DNA from: Planctomycetota bacterium
GTDB lineage: Bacteria > Planctomycetota > UBA1135 > UBA2386
Assembly (NCBI GenBank): GCA_965223545.1
Contig: OZ245006.1
Location: forward strand, 7,776,001-7,840,000
Length of the DNA stretch: 64,000 nucleotides
Reading direction: 5' to 3'
The notes below the pieces were generated by a model. It was not told where the DNA came from. It searched no databases and saw only the letters and a program-made list of their open reading frames with translations. Made by a program: the position numbers and the translations under genes. Below are positions 16,958 through 25,400 of this stretch, piece after piece. Every line of letters starts with the position of its first letter. The first letter of the stretch is position 1.

Positions 16958-17443
16958 ATGCCAAGAACTAACATCTACGTTCCTGATCCTCTTCGTGCCC
17001 GCATGAGAGAGCACCGCGCGAACTGGTCGAGAGTCTGTGCCGCCGCGATTGCCGCCAAGCTTGAGGAGATCGACCGCGATTCCAAAGCAACTCTTTCGGA
17101 CGACGCGGTCGTCACTCGATTACTTGCGACCAAGTCGGACGACCAGGTTCAAGACGAGACCCTGGGATTCAACGTAGGCGTCCGGTGGGCCAAGACCAGG
17201 GCCCGGTGGCGCGAGCTAGAGAGCCTGGAGCGGGCTCATCCCAAGCGCGCCTCTGATTTGGATGCCACGGAATGGCTCTGGTCCGCGATTGGCCGAGAAG
17301 GTCACCCTACTCCTGACGAAATCCAGGAGTTGTTCGACCGTCCGCCAACAAGGGTCTCCCAGAGCCTTGCCAACGGGTTCGTCACCGGAGCGCTCGCGGT
17401 GTTCAGGGACGTGCAGAAGCAGATCGCCGGCGGGGCTGGATAG
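16958..17443 (+). CDS. Ribbon-helix-helix (CcdA-like N-terminus) regulator
   Basis: MPRTNIYVPDPLRARMRE...NWSRVCAAAIAAKL. Confidence 0.65.
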   Translation: MPRTNIYVPDPLRARMREHRANWSRVCAAAIAAKLEEIDRDSKATLSDDAVVTRLLATKSDDQVQDETLGFNVGVRWAKTRARWRELESLERAHPKRASDLDATEWLWSAIGREGHPTPDEIQELFDRPPTRVSQSLANGFVTGALAVFRDVQKQIAGGAG

Positions 17444-17491
17444 TTGCCGCCGGAGATGGTTGGCGCCCTGAGGCTGCCCTGAGGCTTTGGC

Positions 17492-17884
17492 ATGGCAACA
17501 GATACGCAACCACCACAGAAGCCAACGCAATGCGAGCGTCACCGCGTCTATTGGTGCGGGGATTCGGTGAGGCCGAGCTTTTCCATCTACTACTCAGTGA
17601 CTGCCTACTACATGCGCTTTTTTGTTTTGCGCATCATCGACACGGACGGTTCCGCACCGATCTACCAGACCGTCCCCGACCGAGGCGGCATGCCCCGGGA
17701 CACGAAGGACATCGATGCTGCTGCATGCTCGATGCAGGGAGAGGCCAAGTGGGATCACTGTTGCGAGGTCGATATCGGGAGCCATTACCTAGGCGGGAAA
17801 GAGGACGCCATAGTTCTTGGGAGGATGGTCGAGGCGGTCTACAGCCTGGCCGCCGAAGAGATTCCTCGCTGGGATGTGCGGTGA
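17492..17884 (+). CDS. Hypothetical protein
   Basis: ORF with distinct composition, preceded by a GAGATGGTTGGCGCC motif variant. Confidence 0.55.
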   Translation: MATDTQPPQKPTQCERHRVYWCGDSVRPSFSIYYSVTAYYMRFFVLRIIDTDGSAPIYQTVPDRGGMPRDTKDIDAAACSMQGEAKWDHCCEVDIGSHYLGGKEDAIVLGRMVEAVYSLAAEEIPRWDVR

Positions 17885-17938
17885 CCATTCGCCGACGGCG
17901 CTCTCTCTGTCTTCCAGAAGTCGTGTAGACTCCTCCCT

Positions 17939-17960
17939 GGAGATAGCTGGCGCCCCGAGG
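17939..17960 (+). promoter_or_regulatory. Conserved GGAGATAGCTGG(G)CGCC element (copies at about 17452, 22428, 35371, 57668, 57728)
   Basis: Recurs 16-20 nt upstream of start codons of operon-leading genes. Confidence 0.55.
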
Positions 17961-17966
17961 CCCAGC

Positions 17967-19940
17967 ATGACACACCGAATCGCGGCGTTCGTCGCCCCGC
18001 TCCTGTTCCTGCTCTCGCTGCCGGCGCAAGACCCGGTGGCGAGCGTCCACGTCGTCAACCTCGCCGGCCAACCGCGGTCGAGCATCGTGACGACGGTTCT
18101 CCCGTGGGCGCAAGGCGAGTACTACGGCCAGTCCCTTTCCGTCGCCGGCACCGCGCTCGACGTTCGCCAGCTCGGCGCATCGTGGCCCGACGGCTCCTGG
18201 CGCTACGCGCGGACGCACGTGCCCGTCCGGGTCGAGGCTCGGAGCCGAGTTCTTGTCCCGGTATCCCGGGACACCGCCGCACCGACCGCCTTCCGCTGGA
18301 CCCAATCCGTTGCCCAAGGCGCCGCCAAGCTCCGCATCATCCTCCGCGTCGGCGCCGCGGCCGCGGCGTTCGGCGCCTGGCAGCCGATCGAGAACGGCAA
18401 CCTCGTCAAAGCATGGCGCTCCCGCATCCGCGTCCCTGGCACCGTGGTCTGGGGCGAGTGCGTGCTCGAGGCCCTCTCCGGACACGACCTCGCCCGTGCC
18501 TGGATCTCGTTCGGCGACTCCGATCCGCGCGACCCGGCGTTGTCTCACGCACTACCCGCGATCGAGCTCGAGGTCGCTGGCGCGCATCCGGTCGTTCGCC
18601 ACGGGCAGACCAAGGTGCTCGCCGCGAGCTTCGCCGGCAACGCCATCCGCATGCGTGTGTGCCGACCCGCGACCTGGGCCGACGGCGAGTCGCAGACGCT
18701 GCACCTCTCTCTACTCTTCCCGACGACCGACTGGCAGACCGCGGAGGCTGAGCGAACCGTGCCGCTGCTCGCGGTCGCTGATGGCTGGGCTGAGTCGGGA
18801 GCGTTCGGTCCGTGGGGCTACGTGCCCGAGTCCTCTCGCGTCGACGAGGCCGAGGCGCGCCGGCGCGCGACCGCCGACTATCGAGCGATCCCGATCGGCG
18901 ACCCCTGGGCCGCGGCGCTGCTCGGCAATGCTCCGTATGCCGGCCAACCAGGCGACCAGACCGACTTCTCCTCGGTGGTGATGACGATGGCCGCCGCGGG
19001 GCAGCCGCATCGGCTCTACGCGATCGACTGGAGCGTGCGGCAGTCCGCGTGCCGGCCGACGCATCTGCGCGACGAGACCGGGGCGCCGGTGCTCATGTCG
19101 CAGGATCCCGACATCCTGCTGTGGGATTGCCGGCCGGACATGCGCATCACGCGCAACCGGCTGGGTAAGGAGCCAGGGCCGTCGAAGGGCCACGGTGCTT
19201 GGCAGGGTCACGCGGTCTCGCACTATTCGATCAACTACCTGGCAACCTACGCACTGCTCACCGGCGACCGCTGGGCGCTGTCCGAGATCGATCACCACTG
19301 CGAGACCTGGCTGGGCATGGTCCGCGTCAACTCCGGCAATACCGTGCTCGATAGCATGGGATCGGCGCGGACTGTGGGACGCACGCTGCAGGTTGGGACG
19401 TGGCTCTACCTGCTCACTGGCCGGCAAGACATCGCCGAACGGCTACGTGCGCGCGTGGCGTTGACCGCGGAGCAGTGGGTGGGCCGCACTTCGTCGCCCG
19501 TGCGCATCCTGGCTGTCGAGCCGAAGAAGGGCTCGATGCTCGACGGGCGCTGGGCGGGTTGGAAGCCGTGGATGGAGGCGATCGGCGTGCGCGGGCTCGA
19601 CGCGGTGGCTCAAGTGCTCGGCGACGAAACCGCGGCGGATCTCTCCCGGCACGTGGCCCGGACGGTCGCGACCTGGGGCATCTGGCAGACCGAGAGCGGC
19701 TGGACGGCGGCCGACGCGCTGCGCTGGATCGAGGGCGGTGCGGCGCTGACCGCGGATCAGATCGCGGACGGTGGGCGGTTCGAGTACCGGCCGTTTCTGC
19801 TGTGGATCGCGCCGGCGCTAGTCATCCTGGAGCGCGAGGCAGTTGCAGCAGGCGACGAGGCGATGGCGGCTCGGTGTCGGTCGGCGCTCGGGGCGATCGC
19901 TAGCGACTGGCGGTCGCGGGAGTGGGTGGCGTTGCGGTAG
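17967..19940 (+). CDS. Secreted protein, exo-rhamnogalacturonan-lyase-like (PcRGLX-type N-terminus, alpha/alpha barrel)
   Basis: Signal peptide ending LLSLPAQ; LP...G...LGASWPDGSWRY motif; YALLTGDRWA. Confidence 0.5.
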   Translation: MTHRIAAFVAPLLFLLSLPAQDPVASVHVVNLAGQPRSSIVTTVLPWAQGEYYGQSLSVAGTALDVRQLGASWPDGSWRYARTHVPVRVEARSRVLVPVSRDTAAPTAFRWTQSVAQGAAKLRIILRVGAAAAAFGAWQPIENGNLVKAWRSRIRVPGTVVWGECVLEALSGHDLARAWISFGDSDPRDPALSHALPAIELEVAGAHPVVRHGQTKVLAASFAGNAIRMRVCRPATWADGESQTLHLSLLFPTTDWQTAEAERTVPLLAVADGWAESGAFGPWGYVPESSRVDEAEARRRATADYRAIPIGDPWAAALLGNAPYAGQPGDQTDFSSVVMTMAAAGQPHRLYAIDWSVRQSACRPTHLRDETGAPVLMSQDPDILLWDCRPDMRITRNRLGKEPGPSKGHGAWQGHAVSHYSINYLATYALLTGDRWALSEIDHHCETWLGMVRVNSGNTVLDSMGSARTVGRTLQVGTWLYLLTGRQDIAERLRARVALTAEQWVGRTSSPVRILAVEPKKGSMLDGRWAGWKPWMEAIGVRGLDAVAQVLGDETAADLSRHVARTVATWGIWQTESGWTAADALRWIEGGAALTADQIADGGRFEYRPFLLWIAPALVILEREAVAAGDEAMAARCRSALGAIASDWRSREWVALR

Positions 19941-20156
19941 GACTTGTGCGCGAAGTTGTTCGGCTGCGCGCCGCACCGACTCCTTCGTAATCGCCTCACC
20001 CGTCGGTGCGTTTCCGAACGCGAAGCTGATTCGTTGTTCGCGCAACTCCTCCTCGGAGGCGCCGAGACGTGAAGCCTTGTCCAGCAATCGCTGCAGACCT
20101 CGCGATGGCTTGAGACAAGTGAGAAATCGACCCCAATCGCTAGGCTCGTTGGTCAC
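19818..20156 (-). CDS. Hypothetical protein (EQRISFAFGN motif)
   Basis: Coupled to 20153-20362; 3' end overlaps the convergent gene. Confidence 0.45.
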   Translation of the reverse strand: MTNEPSDWGRFLTCLKPSRGLQRLLDKASRLGASEEELREQRISFAFGNAPTGEAITKESVRRAAEQLRAQVLPQRHPLPRPPVASDRPERRPTPSRHRLVACCNCLALQDD

Positions 20157-20362
20157 CCCGAGTAGCCCTCCCGCGCCGAGCGCAGGGCCCGCCAGTTAGC
20201 CCTGCCGATGACCTCGACGATCTCATCCTCGAAGGCACGCAGGGCATCGATCTCGCGGGCCATGCGCCGCGCCGCGTGTTCCATGGTCTCAACCCGTCCC
20301 TTCCATGCGCCGATCTCGCGCCGGCGCAAGGAAACGTACTGGTCCTCCCAGTTCTTCGCCAT
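20153..20362 (-). CDS. Hypothetical protein
   Basis: Coupled minus-strand ORF. Confidence 0.5.
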   Translation of the reverse strand: MAKNWEDQYVSLRRREIGAWKGRVETMEHAARRMAREIDALRAFEDEIVEVIGRANWRALRSAREGYSG

Positions 20363-20805
20363 CAGGCCGGCCCCTCGACCCAGGTGCGCGAAGGCTCGAA
20401 CTCGTCAAACTGAGGCAACCAAGCACCTTCCTCGCGCATCCGCTTCTCCACTGGAGCCTGCGGGCGTCGCCCACGTCGCAGAATGCACCACTGCGTCGAG
20501 CCCCATTTCGGGCAAGCTCGCACTCGCTCGTAGAGATCCCAGAAGGGTGCCTCTCGCTCGTCACCGAAGCCGAGTAGCGGGAGGTCTTCGGCGTCGGCGC
20601 ACCCCCACGCGAACACGTCGCTGCAGTCCACCTCCGGCACGATGCGACCGTCGTTGTTGAGTAGGATCACGTCCTCGGTAAGCAGAAGCAGGGCCAACGC
20701 CTGCGCGTGAAACAGGCGGAAGGTCTCATCCGCGGGCGGCCATTCGCTGTGGGCCGGCCACCAGTTGGTTTCGACGTCGATCACGGGACATCCCTCTCTC
20801 TCCAA
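20362..20805 (-). CDS. Hypothetical phage protein
   Basis: CSDVFAWGCADAEDL...WC..RR..RPQ; start uncertain. Confidence 0.65.
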   Translation of the reverse strand: MEREGCPVIDVETNWWPAHSEWPPADETFRLFHAQALALLLLTEDVILLNNDGRIVPEVDCSDVFAWGCADAEDLPLLGFGDEREAPFWDLYERVRACPKWGSTQWCILRRGRRPQAPVEKRMREEGAWLPQFDEFEPSRTWVEGPA

Positions 20806-20826
20806 ATCTTGGTGCGAAGCACCGAA

Positions 20827-22401
20827 CTACAGAAGCCCGCACGCAGCCTCTGTTCGTCCTCGCGCCTGTCGGCTCAGCCATTCTCTCCGCTGCCGACAGA
20901 GCAGGTCAAACGCCTCCTCGGGATCTGTCAGCGACGGCGCCACATCCGCCGCCTGCGAGATCAGTGCGGCCGCTTCCGGCTCCGCACCGATGAGTAACGA
21001 CCGGAGCAGCCCCGCCCCATCCACCGCAGCGATCGCGGTCGCCCGCTCAACAATCGGCCCGACCACTCCAAGCTCAGGCTCGGCTGTCGCCATCGCGGCG
21101 AGGTGGGGCCTGGCGATCACGCACGCGAGCAGCTCGACGGACGATTGCGCAAGCGGGTCCGCTCGCTTGGGGGGCTCCGCGTCGCGCTTGTGCTTGGTCG
21201 CGACTCGGATCGGTTGGATGCCAAGCTCGCGCCCCATCCGCTGCCCGAGCAGCTCGCGCTCGGCGGGATCCTCGATGACACCTAGCACACGCCGACAGTC
21301 CGCCAAGACCTCGCGGTCGGGGCGACCCCGCTTAAGGCCCAGCCACACCCGCAGCGCGTCGTCCGCCGAATCCACGATCCCGCGCAACTGTTCGGGCTGA
21401 GTGCGCGCCAGGTCGGCGGGGTCGACGCCCTCAGGCAGTAGTCCTATGCGCAGGTCGAGTCCAACGGGCGCGAGTTCCGCGTATGCCCGTTCCGCCGCGG
21501 CGCGCCCCGCCTTGTCGCCGTCGAGTAGGAGCACGACCCCATCCGACGCCCAGCGTGCAAGCGCTTGCCCGTGATCGGCAGTGATCGAGGTCCCAAGCGC
21601 CGCGACCGCCCCTGTCAGCCCCGCGCCGTGGCAAGCGAGCACGTCGGTGTAGCCTTCAACCACGACGATGCGGCGGGCGCCGGCGCGCTTGGCCTGGTGG
21701 AGGCCGTAGAGCTGTCGCCGCTTCTGGAAGGCTGGCGACTCGGGGGAGTTGATGTACTTGGCGCGAGCCTGGGTCATCGCGCGGCCGCCGAAGCCGACGA
21801 TGCGGCCGCGGGCGTCGGCGATCGGGAACATGAGTCGACCTAGGAACGGTTCGCGGTCGCCGCGTAGGATCCCAGTCGCGTCGAGCGCTGCCAGGTCGAG
21901 ACCCTCGCGTCGCACCCATCCAGCGAGCGCGCCCGGATTGCCAGGATGTAGCCCGACGCCGAACGTGGCCGCAATCTCGCCAAGCCCGCGGTCCTCGAGG
22001 TACGAGCGTGCCCGGGCTCCGGCCGGACTCCGGAGGTGAGCTTGGCAAGCTCTTGCCACGGCTTGGAGCGCTTCCGACGGCTGTGGCGCCCGGGTCGAAG
22101 GTCCGGAGAAGATGCCTTCGGTGTCGATCCCGGCTCGCCGTCCAAGTTCCTCCACAGCCTCGCGGAAGCTCAGCCCCTCGCGCTCCTGCAGCAGCGCGAA
22201 AGCGTCTCCTGATGCCCCGCAGCCATAGCATTTCCAACGCTGCGAGTCCGGGTAGACGGTAAAGGACGACGTCCGCTCCTGGTGTAGAGGGCAGAGACCG
22301 ACGAGCCGATGGCCACTCGGCTTGAGCCGCGTGTACCCCTCGACAAGCGCTGCGAGGTCGGTGGCCTCCTTGATTTGCAGCTTGCGGGACTCGTCCATCA
22401 C
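20827..22401 (-). CDS. dnaG: DnaG-type DNA primase
   Basis: CHC2 finger CPLHQERTSSF...CYGCG, FGGR, KYINSPES, TOPRIM VVEGYTDV / LDGDKAG. Confidence 0.95.
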   Translation of the reverse strand: MMDESRKLQIKEATDLAALVEGYTRLKPSGHRLVGLCPLHQERTSSFTVYPDSQRWKCYGCGASGDAFALLQEREGLSFREAVEELGRRAGIDTEGIFSGPSTRAPQPSEALQAVARACQAHLRSPAGARARSYLEDRGLGEIAATFGVGLHPGNPGALAGWVRREGLDLAALDATGILRGDREPFLGRLMFPIADARGRIVGFGGRAMTQARAKYINSPESPAFQKRRQLYGLHQAKRAGARRIVVVEGYTDVLACHGAGLTGAVAALGTSITADHGQALARWASDGVVLLLDGDKAGRAAAERAYAELAPVGLDLRIGLLPEGVDPADLARTQPEQLRGIVDSADDALRVWLGLKRGRPDREVLADCRRVLGVIEDPAERELLGQRMGRELGIQPIRVATKHKRDAEPPKRADPLAQSSVELLACVIARPHLAAMATAEPELGVVGPIVERATAIAAVDGAGLLRSLLIGAEPEAAALISQAADVAPSLTDPEEAFDLLCRQRREWLSRQARGRTEAACGLL

Positions 22402-22459
22402 GTCTCGATCACGGTAGGATTGCGCCGGGAGCTAGCTGGACGCCCACGGAGCCGCGACC

Positions 22460-25400
22460 GTGAAACTGGGCGTCAACGTACTGCAGCTCGAGAGCTGGGC
22501 CAAGGCGAGGCCTTTCCAGAACGAGGCGCTTCAGGCTGCGTGGCCTCGCACCGACGGCTTCGTCGGCCCGGCTACGTACGCTGCCGGCGACTACGCCGCT
22601 GGCACGACGTACATGCTGCTGCTCACCGATGGCGATAGCCTCCCCACGGGCGACTACGTCTGGAAGGTCAGCGGCAACGCTGCGGGCAATGTCAACTCCG
22701 TCACCGTCAACGGCAACGGCGCTTCCACGGGCCCCAACAGCTTCACGGTCAGCGGCTCTCCACCGGTCAACGTGTGGCTCGACTTCACGGTCAGCGCGAC
22801 GACCGCGATGGCCGACGTGCAGTTCGAGGTCTACCCCGCGGGGTTCCGTTCGGGTGGCACCTGGAAACCAGAATTCGCCGACGCGCTGCGACCGTTCCGT
22901 CAGTGCGTCCGGCTCATGGATTGGAATGGCGCTTTCTCGCAGCTCGACGGAAGCGCGCCGTTCCCAATCTCCTACTCCGCCAGTCTACGGCCCAACACAA
23001 CCACATCGACGCACTGGTCGGGGACGACCTTCACCAACACGGGTGTTCGGGCCAAGTTTTGCAACGTGCCGCACGCGGAGCGCATCTGGCTCTGCGTGCC
23101 ACTCTACATCGGGCGCAATCAGACCAAGTTCCTGTCTTGGCTGAACGCGCGACTGAATCAGATCCCGACGTCGACCAAGGTCTACGTCGAGCTGAGCAAC
23201 GAGCTGTGGAATACCAACTTCCCGCAGCACGGTGTTCTAGACGACGCCTCGTTCGCCGAGTTTGGCGCCGGTATCCCAGGGCCTGAGCGCAACGCGATCG
23301 TCGCGAGCCGCTGGGCAAAAGAAATGAAGGACTGGGTCGTGGCAGCCGAGCTGCAAGGCCGCGTCCAAGTCGTCTTCGCCTGGCAGAACGCAGCAAGCGG
23401 ATCGTTTCCGTTCACGTCGCCGCCGTGGCTTGGCGGCAACCCTGTCCACCCCGAAGCGGTCGCCAACATCCAAGCGATAGGCCGCGTTGCGGTCGCTCCG
23501 TACTTCGGCAGCGGCGTCACGAGCCTTGCGAACCTGTCCGCCTCGATCACTCAGCCGATCGCGGATCTCGAGACCTGGCGCGACGATGTCACGGACGCGC
23601 TCGGCATCAAGCTGCTGTGCTACGAGGCGGGGCAGCATGTCGAGAACCAACCCGAGTCTTGGCAGAACTCTCCGGAGATGCTCGCCGCTATCGACGAGTA
23701 CCTCGACGAGCTCGAGACCGCGCTCGCGTCCGACGCTGAAGTCTGCTGGTACGGGCTCGCGAACGGATGGGACGCGCAGCAGGCATGGGGTCTGATCGAG
23801 ACCTTCGAAGAGCGCACAGACAAGTACCGCCTCGTGGCGTCTCGTGCGTCGGGCTACGGCTACGGCTTCCCAAGGCAGGAGCGGACCACGACGCTGGGGT
23901 CACTCGTCAACGGCACGTCGGCGCCGTGGCGGGGATCGCCGAACCAGGGTCACGGCGATGTCTTCGCCTACCACGATCCGGTAGCCGGTCTGGCGACGCT
24001 GTACTTCGGTGCGCGCAACACGATCGCCTACAGCGAGCAGTCGCCCTTCAACCCCGACAACATCCTCCAGCAGTGGAGCGAGACGCCGGCAGACCCCGGA
24101 TCACCATCGTGGCCGATCGCGCAGCTGTACGGGATCGAGGGGACGGCCAGCGAGGACGGTCTCGACACACCGTGCCTCATGTGGCACCCCGTGCTGCAGA
24201 AATGGTTCCTGTACCACCAGGTGATTCCCGGCACGACGCCCAACGGCGAGGCGGGCAGCATCTTCGCGATCCAGGCCGCGAGCTCGACCAACCCGACACA
24301 CTCCTCGCGCGTTTGGGTCCGGCATCCAGGATTTGTCCTGCAGGCCGACCAGGCGTGGGAGGGCGGTTTCCAGGTCTTCGAAGGTGAGCCCCCGAGCCAG
24401 ATCGTGACATGGCGCGGTGGCGTCAGCGAATGCTCGTTCTTTTGGGAGCCGCGACTCGGCCGCACGGTTGCGTTTTACCGCGGTCACAACGAGATCAGTC
24501 CCGGCGGAGCGCACCGGTGGCGGCTCGGGCGTGCGGTTGAGGATGCGGCGCTAGACGGACTGACGTTCACAAAGGACGCGGACTACGTCTTCTCGCCGTA
24601 CGAAGACACGCCGTCGGGTTACTCCGGTGCCGCGACCTCGGGCGCGCATCACTACAGCGTGCACCGCGACCCGACCGACGGGTCGTATCACTGCTTCTAC
24701 CTGCACGCGATCGGCACGTCCAACTGGGGCGTCCACCACATGCGGTCGGATGCCCTTGGCGTCAAGGGATCGTGGGTCGTCAACCCAGCTAATCCACTCA
24801 TCACGATCAGCTCGATCTCCGCTGATCTCGGCGGAGGTGAGGGGCTGCCAACGAAGGTGGGGGCGCCGTGCCTGTTGCCGGACCTGGCTAGCGGCAAGTT
24901 GTTCGTTTTCTTCGATGGCGCACCGGTGCAGCGGTACGTCAACGCCGGCGTGTTCGTCGCCGAGTCGTCGGTCGAGCGCGTCGTGACGGTGGGCGTGATC
25001 GAGGCGGGGACGAGTGTCGGTGCCGCCTCGACCGGCACGTCGGGTGGATCGCAGACCGTGGCCGTGTCTGTGCAAGAGGCTGTTTCGAGCGTGGCAGCGC
25101 CGGCGGTCTCACGCGTCATTCAGGTGCCACCACAGGACGTGGAGTTCCAGGTTTGCGACTGCCCGGTCGTGCAGGAGACCGCGCGGCTCGTGCTCGGGCA
25201 GAACCTGGAGACGGGAGTCGGTGCGGTTGGGATGGCTCGCGTCATCCCGGTCGCCACTGTGGAGCTGACGACCTCGGCGCCGGCAGTTGGCATGGATCGT
25301 GCGATTGCGGTCTCGGGCCAGACCGTGTCGGCAACCGCGCCATCCGTCGGGATCGTGCTCCGCGTAGCAGCGATCGAGGTGTCGACCTCTACCGCTGGGG

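Noticed and set aside
16270..17006. ORFs across the arrays (16270-16971, 16461-17006, 15260-15694 and antisense ones)
   Set aside because: Arg/Ala/His/Ser low-complexity translations arise in several frames from the 5-nt period, with no RBS; treated as non-coding.
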